Counted from the stretch's first letter, positions 15,447-24,477 are shown. The stretch is 64,000 nucleotides of DNA from a virus (IMGVR_UViG_2937884906_000001:1-64000), one strand, 5' to 3'. Notes: a model not told the origin generated them from the letters alone. Numbers and translations are program-made.

Positions 15447-17439
15447 CCACCTCACATACAGCGTCACCTTTCCCTCGACAGGCCGCACCCTGTCGGGGGA
15501 TTTCTCATTCCAGAAGGGTTTCGGCGCCATCACCGGTCCGAATGAAGCTGGCAAGTCCGTCATCCTGGAAATGATCCGGTACTGTCTCTTCGGCACCTCC
15601 GCGTTGCGGGGCAAGGCCGAAGACTACAAGAACCTGAAAGCCGCCCTGACCTTCACCACAAAGGGTGAGGCCTGGACCGTCGATCGGACGATCACCTCCG
15701 CCAAGCTGTTCCGCGGCGGCAACCCGGCCGCCACCGGCCAGAAGGGTGTCAATGCCAAGGTGACCGAGATCCTCGGCTTCGGCCTGAAGGTGTTCGATAC
15801 CGCTTGTGTCGCCAACCAGGGCGACATCGAGAAGCTCGGCGCCATGCAGCCAACCGAGCGCAAGGCCATGGTCGACAGCGTCATCGGCCTGTCGGCGATC
15901 GACGACTTGGCCAAGTGGTGCGGCCAGGAGGCCAACAGCCTGGCCTCTCTGATCTCTGGCATGGAGGACGGTCTGGTGAAGCCCACCAAGCCGGACCAGC
16001 CGGAAGGGTACGTCGAGAGCTCGGAGATCGCCGGCAATGTGGCGCAGCTCCGCGCCCTGAATGACGAGCTGAACCAGATCAAGGGCCGCCTTGCACAACC
16101 CCGGCAGGCGCAGCCCGTGGAACCGGTTGCGAATTGCAATCAGTCTGCGGGTGAGATCGAGCAGGAGCTGGATATGGCCCGCGCCTACGAGCAGGCCCAG
16201 GCCGAGCTCAAGCGCCTGCCGCCACCTCCCCCGGAGTTCTCCGAGGAGGGCATCGACGATTGGGAACTGCGCGAGAAGATCCGGCGGAACTACCCGACCA
16301 CGATGACGGCAGAGCAGATTGCGAAGGCCGATGCTGATGTGGAACTAATCCGTCAGTTCGAGAGGCGCGACCACCTTCGGAAGCAATACGACGACCTCCG
16401 TGCTGTCGGAATGCACAATTGCCCGTCTTGCTCGTTCGAGTGGCCGATCGAGGCCGCGCGTGTCAACGAGGTAGCCGAAAAGCTGTCCGTGGCGGAGGAA
16501 CTGTTGGAAGGCCTGGAGCGGCCGAGCAAGCCCGACATGGTCAACGTCGACGTGGCCCGTCGCCAGCTGCAGGCGTTCGACAAGGTCAGGGACGATTGGG
16601 AACGCGTAAAGGACGCTGTCCAGCCGGTGCATACGCGCCAGCAGGTGGCGGAGTTCAAGGCCGCTCTCCAAGCTCAGGGACGCCGTGCAGAGCTCGAAGC
16701 CGTAGAGCCGGCCTCGGCGACGTCCAAGGAGCTCAACGCTCTCTGGCGTGACCGCCTGGCCTACGAGCATGAGCTTTCCTCCTACCATGATCGTCGAAGG
16801 GCTTGGGAGGAGCTGGAGGTCAACCGCGTGATCGATGAGGAACGTGCCGCTCAACTGGCTTCGGTACCTCACGAACTCACCAAGCTGGAGAAGGCCTACG
16901 ACACGGCCAAGATCTACGAGGACCGGCTCGCCACCTACAAGCGCGAGCAGAAGGCCTACGCCGAGCGCCAGAAGGAGATCAAGGCGAGACGCGAGAAGGA
17001 ACAGGGCTACCGGAAGGGTCGCGAGGCGCTGACGATCCTGCGCAAGCTCGTCAAACAGCACCTGATCCCATCCCTGAACAAGGTGGCAAGCCACTACATT
17101 TCAAGGATGACCGGCGGGCAGCGCAATGTGATCGAGGTCGACGAGAACTTCGAGATCGTTGTCGACGGCCAGCCGCTGAACACATTGTCGGGCTCTGGCA
17201 AAGCCGTGGCAAACCTCTCGCTGCGTCTCGGTCTCGGTCAGGTCCTGACCAACAATGTGTTCTCGGTCTTCCTGGGCGACGAGATCGACGCTTCAATGGA
17301 CGCCGATCGCGCGCACAATACTGCTCTTACCCTAGAGTATCTCGCAAGTCGTATCTCGCAGATCCTGTTGGTCAGTCACAAATACCCTCAAGCCGATTAC
17401 TACATTGAGCTTGAGGCAAATGAAAAGAACACTGATTGA
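15439..17439 (+). CDS. SbcC/Rad50-like ATPase
   Basis: Walker A GPNEAGKS, coiled coil with CPSC hook, LSGSG signature, DEID Walker B/D-loop. Confidence 0.92.
   Translation: MLNHLTYSVTFPSTGRTLSGDFSFQKGFGAITGPNEAGKSVILEMIRYCLFGTSALRGKAEDYKNLKAALTFTTKGEAWTVDRTITSAKLFRGGNPAATGQKGVNAKVTEILGFGLKVFDTACVANQGDIEKLGAMQPTERKAMVDSVIGLSAIDDLAKWCGQEANSLASLISGMEDGLVKPTKPDQPEGYVESSEIAGNVAQLRALNDELNQIKGRLAQPRQAQPVEPVANCNQSAGEIEQELDMARAYEQAQAELKRLPPPPPEFSEEGIDDWELREKIRRNYPTTMTAEQIAKADADVELIRQFERRDHLRKQYDDLRAVGMHNCPSCSFEWPIEAARVNEVAEKLSVAEELLEGLERPSKPDMVNVDVARRQLQAFDKVRDDWERVKDAVQPVHTRQQVAEFKAALQAQGRRAELEAVEPASATSKELNALWRDRLAYEHELSSYHDRRRAWEELEVNRVIDEERAAQLASVPHELTKLEKAYDTAKIYEDRLATYKREQKAYAERQKEIKARREKEQGYRKGREALTILRKLVKQHLIPSLNKVASHYISRMTGGQRNVIEVDENFEIVVDGQPLNTLSGSGKAVANLSLRLGLGQVLTNNVFSVFLGDEIDASMDADRAHNTALTLEYLASRISQILLVSHKYPQADYYIELEANEKNTD
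17326..17340 (+). promoter_or_regulatory. conserved phage motif copy (CTTACCCTAGAGTAT)
   Basis: In 3' end of SbcC-like gene, 80 nt before HTH gene. Confidence 0.5.
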
Positions 17440-17809
17440 CGAACTAGTTGAAGAAGAAATCCGGAAGACGGGCGGCAATCTCTCGATGGTCGCCCGTCGT
17501 CTTTCCATCCCATACCACTCGCTGGTGGCCCGCTTCGGCCCAACAGCAGTCTCCACACTTCCCCCCGCATGCCCCCGGCCCGACGACATCAAGGAACTCG
17601 GCCGGCCACATGTTCGCCAGCACGTGATCGCAATCAAGCGTTGCGGTACCGAATGGACAGCGGAGTTCGACGCGGTGTTGAAGGACGCCCGTCACAAGTT
17701 CGATCAGGGCACTCACGAGATGGCCCAGTCGATCGACCAGGGCTGGGTCGTCCAGTACCTGATCCCCCGCCGGAAACCGACCGCACCGCGGAGGTTCTTC
17801 CATGGCTGA
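17420..17809 (+). CDS. Fis-like HTH protein
   Basis: GGNLSMVARRLSIPYHSL resembles the Fis-type HTH. Confidence 0.65.
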   Translation: MKRTLIDELVEEEIRKTGGNLSMVARRLSIPYHSLVARFGPTAVSTLPPACPRPDDIKELGRPHVRQHVIAIKRCGTEWTAEFDAVLKDARHKFDQGTHEMAQSIDQGWVVQYLIPRRKPTAPRRFFHG

Positions 17810-18329
17810 CTCCGACATCCTCCTCAGCAACATGAAACTGGTCAACCCGCTGGACTTCCAGATCAGCGACGTTGATTTCAACGTATCCATCAAGGCCGTG
17901 AGCCGTCTGCCCCGCTACTCGGGACACACGACCAAGACCTACCGCGTGGCCGAGCATCTAGTGAAGCTCTACCGCAGGGTGCCCAAGCACCTGCGCAAAG
18001 CTGCGCTGCTGCACGACCAGTCGGAAGGCTTCGGCCTGCTGGACCTGGCGCACCCGGTCAAGCGTGCGATCGACGGCTACAGCGCCCTGGAGAAGGCCAT
18101 GCTCCGCGTGATCTTCGCTGCGGTCAACGAGCCGTGGGAGCACATGGAGGAGCTCGAGCAATACGACCGTCGCATCTGCGCCGACGAGATGCTCCAGGTC
18201 TTCGCCTACCCCTGGTGCGCCAAGTTCTGGGAGCCGCTCGGCAACGTCAAAATCGAATTCTGGGGCGAGCGCCGGTGCGAGACTGAGCTGCGCAAGCTCT
18301 TCATCAAGGAGGGCCTGCTCAATGGCTAA
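17802..18329 (+). CDS. HD-domain 5'-deoxynucleotidase-like phosphohydrolase (YfdR/YfbR-like)
   Basis: RYSGH...Y.VAEH, ALLHD.SE, DL..PVK, D....DE. Confidence 0.82.
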   Translation: MADSDILLSNMKLVNPLDFQISDVDFNVSIKAVSRLPRYSGHTTKTYRVAEHLVKLYRRVPKHLRKAALLHDQSEGFGLLDLAHPVKRAIDGYSALEKAMLRVIFAAVNEPWEHMEELEQYDRRICADEMLQVFAYPWCAKFWEPLGNVKIEFWGERRCETELRKLFIKEGLLNG

Positions 18330-18918
18330 GCCCACCAACCCGAAGGCCGCCTTTGGCGACAAAAAGCCACCGCTCGCCTACATCCCGCTCTCCGCCCAGC
18401 TGGCGGAGCTGGAGGCCCTGTACGACGGGCTCCTGAAGTATGAGCCTCACAACTGGCGTGACACCAAGGTCGAGGCAATGACCTACGTGGAGGCCGCGAT
18501 GCGACACCTCCAACTCTGGAAGGTCGGTGAGGAGCTGACGCGCGACACGCTCGTCAAGAACCTCGGCGCGGTCAAGGCGTGTTGCACGATCCTGATCGAC
18601 GCCATGGCCCACGGCACTCTGATCGACAACCGCCGGAAGTCTCAGGTGGAAGCGGATCTTCTCCATCAAGGCGAGGAGTGGGTCGAGCGCCTGAAGGCCG
18701 TCCAGGCTGAGCGTGTTCGTCAGCGACAGCAGGCGGCGACCGCGAAGGCACCGCCGGTCATCACCCGTCTCGATGACGATGGCTACCCCCTGGATGAACC
18801 CGCGCCAGTAAACACCGCCGCTGAAGGCACGCCTGTCCCCGTCGTCGACGGCTTCCTCGTCGACGGCTTCCTCGACGCCAGCGTGTTCCCGCCCTGGCCA
18901 TACAGCCGCCCGCTGTGA
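18322..18918 (+). CDS. dATP/dGTP diphosphohydrolase-domain (DUF5664-like) protein
   Basis: G.KK.PL..IP...G..KY..HNWR...Y..AA.RHL..W..GE. Confidence 0.82.
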   Translation: MAKPTNPKAAFGDKKPPLAYIPLSAQLAELEALYDGLLKYEPHNWRDTKVEAMTYVEAAMRHLQLWKVGEELTRDTLVKNLGAVKACCTILIDAMAHGTLIDNRRKSQVEADLLHQGEEWVERLKAVQAERVRQRQQAATAKAPPVITRLDDDGYPLDEPAPVNTAAEGTPVPVVDGFLVDGFLDASVFPPWPYSRPL

Positions 18919-18980
18919 GCCCCTGCCCCTGGCCACGCGTCAGGGGCCACCCCTCCCCCACTTCAAAGACGAGTTTTCAA

Positions 18981-19535
18981 ATGATCACTGGAATGACCCT
19001 AAATCAACTCGCCGCCGAGTGCCACGCCAACAACGCGAAGTGGTGGCACGACCTGGAGACGGGCGCACGTCTCGACCGTGACAAGGGCGAGCTTATCATG
19101 CTCGTGCTCTCGGAGATCGCCGAGGCGATGGAAGGCGAACGCAAAGGCCTGATGGACGACAAGCTGCCACACCGCCCGATGCCGGAGGTGGAGTTGGTTG
19201 ATGCCATCATCCGGCTTGGGGATTTCGCCGGAGCGTTCAGCTACCCGCTGCCGGAAGACACAACCATCCCCTTCTACTCGCTGCCGAACAACAAGGGCGC
19301 AGCCCTTCTGAAGATCAGCAAGGCGATCACCAAAGTCCACGATCTCTGCAACAACAACTGCGCACCGGATATGATCGGCGAGCAGATCCGCAGGGCCCTC
19401 GACCTGATCAAGCAATATGCCCAGCACTGGGGCTACGACCTGAGTGGCGCCTACCACGAAAAGACGGCCTTCAACAAGGTCAGGAAAGATCACACCGCCG
19501 AACACCGCAAGGGAGTTGGCGGCAAAAAGTGGTGA
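18981..19535 (+). CDS. MazG-like all-alpha NTP pyrophosphohydrolase
   Basis: SEIAEAMEGERK..DD.LPHR...EVELVD.IIR; start may be 18993. Confidence 0.8.
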   Translation: MITGMTLNQLAAECHANNAKWWHDLETGARLDRDKGELIMLVLSEIAEAMEGERKGLMDDKLPHRPMPEVELVDAIIRLGDFAGAFSYPLPEDTTIPFYSLPNNKGAALLKISKAITKVHDLCNNNCAPDMIGEQIRRALDLIKQYAQHWGYDLSGAYHEKTAFNKVRKDHTAEHRKGVGGKKW

Positions 19536-19549
19536 TACTATAGGGTGAG
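19535..19549 (+). promoter_or_regulatory. conserved phage motif copy (ATACTATAGGGTGAG)
   Basis: Intergenic, before nrdJ leader. Confidence 0.6.
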
Positions 19550-19586
19550 CAGAATGCATCACTCACATACAAGATGCTGATTTCCT

Positions 19587-19620
19587 ACCTCTCAGTTCCT
19601 ACCGAACTGAGAGGTTTTTT
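19587..19620 (+). terminator. terminator/attenuator hairpin abutting nrdJ start
   Basis: ACCTCTCAGTTC-CTACC-GAACTGAGAGGT-TTTTT immediately followed by ATG. Confidence 0.75.
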
Positions 19621-22029
19621 ATGTCCCGAGATTTCTTTCCGGGGATGGGCCAAGGCGTTGCCGAGCGTACCGTTTCCCGCCTCATCCTCACCGACGAAGC
19701 CAAGGCCGACTGGGCTGGTAAACGCTTCGCCAAGCTCAACCCCAAAGACCCTGACTACAAGTCCTGGTGGTCCGCGTTGAGCCTCACCTTCCCCCTGATC
19801 AAGATCACCGACGACGACAACGCACCGTTCATGGGCCGCCAGCCGGACACCCGGCGCGAGCGATGGGCCGACGTTGCCCTACGCGTGGCCGAGGGCAACA
19901 CCTCGCTCGACCCGTACTGCCACGACCTGGAGCCGCTCAACTACCATATCGCGGAGGGCACCATCCTCCTCTCCGGCCGCCACCTGCAGCATGGTGACAT
20001 CCGCCAGAAAGACCGCCCGATGGAGGTCTTCACCAACTGCTCCACGGCGATGTTCCGCGCCATGACCTTCCAGCTGCTGCTCTCTGGCTCTGGCGTGGGC
20101 TCGAGCTACGACGACGCCCTGATGCTCGTCGACTGGACCAAGCAGCCCCGCGTGGTCTGCGTCATCGACAACACCCACCCTGACGTGCTCTCCGGCCTGA
20201 TCACAGGCTACATGACGCCCCGTGAGGCTCTGCACCTCTACGCCGGCGAGAAGACGATCTATCACATGGTCGGTGACAGCCGTGAAGGCTGGGCCGAGGG
20301 CGTCGAGCAGATCGAGGTCGCCACCTACAAGGGGCAGCACGATCACGTTCTGATCCTCGACTATACCGAGGTCCGCGGGTTCGGCGAGCCGATCAAGGGC
20401 ATGCAGAACCGGCCGGCCTCCGGCCCGGGCCCGCTCATGGGCGCGATCGCCAACGTCGCCCGCCTCCGCGACCTCAACATGCCCCGCTGGAAGGCCGCCA
20501 TCATCGCCGACCACTATCTCGCCGAGTGCGTCCTGGTCGGTGGCGCCCGCCGCGCTGCGCGCATTGCGACCAAGTATTGGAAAGACCCAGGCATATTCGA
20601 TTTCATCGACCTCAAGCGCCCGATCGAGTTCCTCGGCCGGAGCTGGGACGAGGTCGACGCCATGGCCGGCCTCCCGCAATACGGCTCGTTCCTCTGGTCC
20701 TCGAACAACTCGGTCGCGGTCGACGACGAGTTCTATGAATGCTTGCGCCAGGCGCGCAACCTCATCCGGAATGGGATTGCGCTCAACCATCAGCAGCGCT
20801 GGGCCTACATGCTCAACGAGGAGATGCAGCGCCGCCAGTACCACGACCTGACCGGCGAGACCGGCTTCCTCAACGTGTCGAAGCTGAGCGTCAACCTCAA
20901 GGGCACCGACGACTATCTGGTCTACCCGTTCGCCAAGTTCGGCGGCGAGGACTTCAGGGAGATGCAGATCGCTCTGGCCGAGCTGGTGATGGACCACCAC
21001 TACCAGTTCATCGTCAACCCGTGCGGCGAGATCGTGCTCTTCATCCTGGGCGCCTTCTGCGTGATCGGCGACCTGGCGCTCTTCCATGCCAACGACAGCT
21101 GGGAGGAGGAGCAGGCTGTGCGCCACATCACGCGCGCCCTGATCCGCACCAACCTCATGTCTTCGATCTACGACCGGGAGGTCAAGCGCACGAACCGCAT
21201 CGGCGTGTCCCTGACGGGCATCCTGGAATGGGCGATGCGCCGGTATGGGCTCAGCTTCAAGGATCTGATCGCGGTGGATGGTGACGGCGTCCAGATCCAG
21301 GACGCCAACCACAATCTGATGCTGGCGCCCAGCGTCCGCTCGATGCCCTTCTGGCTGCGCATGAGGGAGCTCGCCAATATCGTCGACGAAGAGGCTGGCA
21401 CCTATAGCCAGGATCTCGGCGTCGTGTTCCCGCACACCCGCAGGACAATCAAGCCTGCTGGCACGACCAGCAAGCTGTTCGGCCTCACCGAGGGCGCTCA
21501 CCTGCCGGCCATGCGGGAGTATCTCCGCTGGGTGCAGTTCCGCTCTGACGACCCGCTGGTGGCCGAGTATGCCGCCAAGGGCTACCCGACGAAAGAGCTG
21601 CAGAGCTACAAGGGCACGACGATCGTGGGCTTCCCCACGGCTCCGGTCATCTGCAACATGGGTGGCGAGGTCACCACCGCTGGCGAGGCCACGATGGAGG
21701 AGCAGTTCCGCTGGCTGCGCCTCCTGGAGACGTTCTGGATCGGCCGTGAGGGCGGCAACCAGGTCTCCTACACCCTGAAGTACGACCCCAAGAAGGTGAG
21801 CTACAAGGAATACTCGAAGGTCATGGACGCCAACATCAACCTGGTGCGCGCCGTGGCGGTCCTTCCCCAGGTCGAGACCCTATCCTACGAGTACCAGCCG
21901 GAAGAGCCGCTCACCAAGGCGCGCTATGAAGCGGTCGTCGCAGCCATCAACGAGCAGATGGCCGAGGACGTGGACAAGGTCCACATCGACTGCGCCGGCG
22001 GCGCATGCCCGGTCGACTTCGACAAGTGA
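19621..22029 (+). CDS. nrdJ: class II (adenosylcobalamin-dependent) ribonucleotide reductase
   Basis: TNCS, VGGARRAA, NPCGEI thiyl-radical loop, TIKPAGT, C-terminal CAGGAC; no class I beta subunit or NrdG seen. Confidence 0.9.
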   Translation: MSRDFFPGMGQGVAERTVSRLILTDEAKADWAGKRFAKLNPKDPDYKSWWSALSLTFPLIKITDDDNAPFMGRQPDTRRERWADVALRVAEGNTSLDPYCHDLEPLNYHIAEGTILLSGRHLQHGDIRQKDRPMEVFTNCSTAMFRAMTFQLLLSGSGVGSSYDDALMLVDWTKQPRVVCVIDNTHPDVLSGLITGYMTPREALHLYAGEKTIYHMVGDSREGWAEGVEQIEVATYKGQHDHVLILDYTEVRGFGEPIKGMQNRPASGPGPLMGAIANVARLRDLNMPRWKAAIIADHYLAECVLVGGARRAARIATKYWKDPGIFDFIDLKRPIEFLGRSWDEVDAMAGLPQYGSFLWSSNNSVAVDDEFYECLRQARNLIRNGIALNHQQRWAYMLNEEMQRRQYHDLTGETGFLNVSKLSVNLKGTDDYLVYPFAKFGGEDFREMQIALAELVMDHHYQFIVNPCGEIVLFILGAFCVIGDLALFHANDSWEEEQAVRHITRALIRTNLMSSIYDREVKRTNRIGVSLTGILEWAMRRYGLSFKDLIAVDGDGVQIQDANHNLMLAPSVRSMPFWLRMRELANIVDEEAGTYSQDLGVVFPHTRRTIKPAGTTSKLFGLTEGAHLPAMREYLRWVQFRSDDPLVAEYAAKGYPTKELQSYKGTTIVGFPTAPVICNMGGEVTTAGEATMEEQFRWLRLLETFWIGREGGNQVSYTLKYDPKKVSYKEYSKVMDANINLVRAVAVLPQVETLSYEYQPEEPLTKARYEAVVAAINEQMAEDVDKVHIDCAGGACPVDFDK

Positions 22030-22035
22030 TCAACG

Positions 22036-22060
22036 AAAGGGCCGCGTCAGCGGCCCTTTT
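22036..22060. terminator. bidirectional terminator between convergent blocks
   Basis: AAAGGGCCGC-GTCA-GCGGCCCTTTT. Confidence 0.9.
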
Positions 22061-22359
22061 CATTTGCACTGATATCGATGCTGTTCGCCCGCCTTATTGT
22101 CCCAATGGATGCTGCTGACCTGCGGGAAAAACAGACAGAGCTGTTCGGCCGCCGACTGGCCCTTCGTGAGGTCCTTCCAGGAGACGAGAACCATCAGCTT
22201 GTCGTGATCCCACGAGGATGAGACCACCTCCTGGACGTTCCCGGTGCCGGCGATGGCGTCTTCAACTTGTTGGTGGGTTGGCCCCGAGGGCATCAGGGCG
22301 TACGCCAAGCCTGTGCCCGCGGCGAGAATGACGACTGCACCGGCGATGAGCTTTTTCAT
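22060..22359 (-). CDS. hypothetical exported/membrane-anchored protein
   Basis: MKKLIAGAVVILAAG... signal-like N-terminus. Confidence 0.7.
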   Translation of the reverse strand: MKKLIAGAVVILAAGTGLAYALMPSGPTHQQVEDAIAGTGNVQEVVSSSWDHDKLMVLVSWKDLTKGQSAAEQLCLFFPQVSSIHWDNKAGEQHRYQCK

Positions 22360-22370
22360 AGGTCCCCCGA

Positions 22371-22385
22371 ATACTATAGGAAGAC
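22371..22385 (-). promoter_or_regulatory. conserved phage motif copy (GTCTTCCTATAGTAT on - strand)
   Basis: Fills the 26-nt gap between o-spanin and the 22359 start. Confidence 0.6.
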
Positions 22386-22697
22386 CTATTTAGTGCGCGC
22401 CCTGCTCTCACGCAACAGTTTAGCCAGAGCTTTGGGGTCACCGGCCGCGTCAATGATGGCGATAAGTCGCTTCCCGCAGCTGGACTTGGTCCTGTCCGAC
22501 CGGATGAACTGGTCGATCTTGTCGAAGACCATGAGGTCGTCGATCGGCTTCCCCTCTGGAAACGGACCGACCATTGTGTCGAAGCAGGTCCGGAGATCCT
22601 CTGGGATCGGGGGGAGTTCAACCTTTCCAGAGGTTGCGCACCCGGTCAGCATCATCACCGTCAAAACAGGTAGTGCGCTTCTTAGGCGTGATCGCAT
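22386..22697 (-). CDS. o-spanin (Rz1-like lipoprotein)
   Basis: Lipobox LTGC, Pro-rich after Cys; overlaps i-spanin. Confidence 0.8.
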   Translation of the reverse strand: MRSRLRSALPVLTVMMLTGCATSGKVELPPIPEDLRTCFDTMVGPFPEGKPIDDLMVFDKIDQFIRSDRTKSSCGKRLIAIIDAAGDPKALAKLLRESRARTK

Positions 22698-22932
22698 CAC
22701 GCTGCTCCTTTGCGTTCTTGTCGTATTGGGCGAGCTTCCCGGCATCGACGACAGCCTGGCTGGAGTCGGCTTCGAGGATCGCGACGTTGGTTTGCAGCTG
22801 CGTGACCTTGCTCTTGAGGGCGGCGATCTCGGCCGCCTTCTCGAACTTCATCCAGCCGGAGCCAAAGCCGGCCAGGAACACGCCGACACAGATGCCGGCG
22901 CGGAGCAGGAGCAGTTGCAACCAGGCAGGCAT
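22618..22932 (-). CDS. i-spanin (Rz-like)
   Basis: N-terminal TM, coiled coil, C-terminal Cys; follows endolysin. Confidence 0.8.
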   Translation of the reverse strand: MPAWLQLLLLRAGICVGVFLAGFGSGWMKFEKAAEIAALKSKVTQLQTNVAILEADSSQAVVDAGKLAQYDKNAKEQRDAITPKKRTTCFDGDDADRVRNLWKG

Positions 22933-23618
22933 CAGAGACCACTCACGCAGATTTCGGCCTCGCCCTTGCGGTTCTTGTCCCCGTTCTCACGCCGGTTGAC
23001 GAGACCGTCGAGACGCACACCCCCGGCCTTGTTGAAGGCGGTCAGAGCGGAACAGGCCCGGAGGTAGTTGTGTTTGCTGATCCAGTCCGCGCCGGTCGAG
23101 TTCTTCGCGGCCTTGACGCCGTAGTTGTAGGCGCCTGAGAGCAGTGAGGCCTGTACCGACACCGGAGCGACCGCGTAGTCCTTCACGCCGTCGACCAGCG
23201 GCAGATAGTAGTCGTGGGTGACGCGCTTGATCAGCATGGCCACGCACTGCTCGCGCGTGAACTTCATCCCCTTCTTGATGTTGAGGGTCTCGCCATGGCA
23301 GACGGTCCACACAGGCTTCTTCGGGAGGGTGTCCAGATACGCGGTCAGGCGCAGCCCTTCCCAGGGCATGATCATCTCCTCGACCGCCAGCTTGACGGCC
23401 GGAGGGACTTTGCCGGCCGCGACCTGTTGGTGGATCAGCTTCTCGGGCGTGAGTGCAGGCGCCACGACGGCCGGACGGACCATCTGGACAACGGCAGGCG
23501 GCGTGTACGCCGGCGTAGGCTGATCGACGGCCTGCCAGCCGGAGGCGCCTGCGAAAATGAGGGCAGCGAGGACGGCGGCTTTTCCACGCTTGGTCGCCAC
23601 GATTTTATTGATCGGCAT
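22932..23618 (-). CDS. endolysin, GH24 phage lysozyme with N-terminal signal/SAR-like segment
   Basis: WEGLRLTAYLD...WTVCHGET (E-D-T triad), YNYG, GLVNRR. Confidence 0.9.
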   Translation of the reverse strand: MPINKIVATKRGKAAVLAALIFAGASGWQAVDQPTPAYTPPAVVQMVRPAVVAPALTPEKLIHQQVAAGKVPPAVKLAVEEMIMPWEGLRLTAYLDTLPKKPVWTVCHGETLNIKKGMKFTREQCVAMLIKRVTHDYYLPLVDGVKDYAVAPVSVQASLLSGAYNYGVKAAKNSTGADWISKHNYLRACSALTAFNKAGGVRLDGLVNRRENGDKNRKGEAEICVSGL

Positions 23619-23838
23619 TGCGAAAAACCTTCTGGCTGACAAAAACACTGCTGATGAAGGCCCCGGCCACGACCAGACCCGTGAGAATGCCCATCACCTG
23701 CGGTGAGAGCGTCAGGAAGGCCGGCAGATACGGGAGCATGGCCTGCATGCCAGCGAGGATGCCGGCAACCGCAAGGAAGCGGTTGCTCCACGCGTGTCGC
23801 AGCTTCTTCTTCCAGTCAGGGTGTAGCCACTTCTTCAT
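23605..23838 (-). CDS. putative holin
   Basis: L.PDWKK.LR.AWS plus two TM segments, directly upstream of endolysin. Confidence 0.75.
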   Translation of the reverse strand: MKKWLHPDWKKKLRHAWSNRFLAVAGILAGMQAMLPYLPAFLTLSPQVMGILTGLVVAGAFISSVFVSQKVFRNADQ

Positions 23839-23895
23839 GGCCCCTATATGGGACCGAAGGCCGTCATTGTTCGGCCTGTTGTGCTGCGCTGTGCA

Positions 23896-24240
23896 TCACG
23901 GTTTCGAGGGCGTGTTGTCCTGCTTGTACTGGACGTTACCAACTGCGATCGTCAGCTTGGTCATCTCGCCGGTCATGGCCTCAACCTTGTCGAGGATCAT
24001 TTTGTAGTCCTGGCGAGTCTGCTGGTTGGAAGCTTCGAGCTGAGCCTGGAGCTTGGCCACCTGGGTGTCCACCTTCGCGTCCAGCTTGGCGATGTCTTCC
24101 TTGGCCTGGGTCAGCACGAAGCCCTGATAGGTCACGTAGCCGACAGCGCTGAAGAGCACGCCGATAATGGAGACACATCCGACAATGGCCGAGATGACCT
24201 TGCCGTTGATGACGACCCCTTTGAGCTCTTCTGTGGACAT
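23896..24240 (-). CDS. membrane protein (single TM plus coiled coil), possible holin/antiholin
   Basis: Hydrophobic segment aa 15-38 then heptads; in lysis cassette. Confidence 0.6.
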   Translation of the reverse strand: MSTEELKGVVINGKVISAIVGCVSIIGVLFSAVGYVTYQGFVLTQAKEDIAKLDAKVDTQVAKLQAQLEASNQQTRQDYKMILDKVEAMTGEMTKLTIAVGNVQYKQDNTPSKP

Positions 24241-24297
24241 GGTGTTCCCTTAAACGCTCCCGGCAATATAGGGCTGAAGGCAAGGGATTGTTTGTCG

Positions 24298-24477
24298 CTA
24301 CTGCTGCGCAATGATGCGTTCAGGAGGCGTGTCGGCGAAGGCCGCGGCGTACTGTCTCCGGACCTCCTGGATGATCCAGTCGGACGCGGTCTTGCCAGTC
24401 AGGCTGGAGAGCACCGCGAGCTTCGCACGGTCCTCGTCGGTGCCGTAGGCAATGATCCCTTTGTTGCGTTTAGGCAT
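24298..24477 (-). CDS. ribbon-helix-helix (CopG-like) DNA-binding protein
   Basis: 59 aa; strand GIIAYG, helix DEDRAKLAVLS, TGKTASDWI. Confidence 0.6.
   Translation of the reverse strand: MPKRNKGIIAYGTDEDRAKLAVLSSLTGKTASDWIIQEVRRQYAAAFADTPPERIIAQQ

Noticed and set aside
18007-18014. Extra TGCTGCAC half-site of the RHH operator
   Set aside because: It lies within the HD gene's ALLHD codons with no partner half-site, so chance is the likely explanation.
18844-18873. 15-bp tandem duplication GTCGACGGCTTCCTC x2 (VDGFL VDGFL)
   Set aside because: A simple slippage duplication in a low-complexity C-terminal tail; two copies only, not an array.
17802-19535. Diaminopurine (Z) genome pathway
   Set aside because: No PurZ (adenylosuccinate synthetase-like) gene in the window; the hydrolases alone occur in many ordinary phages. 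It cannot be excluded for sequence outside the window.
19550-19620. Cobalamin riboswitch upstream of nrdJ
   Set aside because: Leader is only about 70 nt and lacks the B12-box and conserved core.
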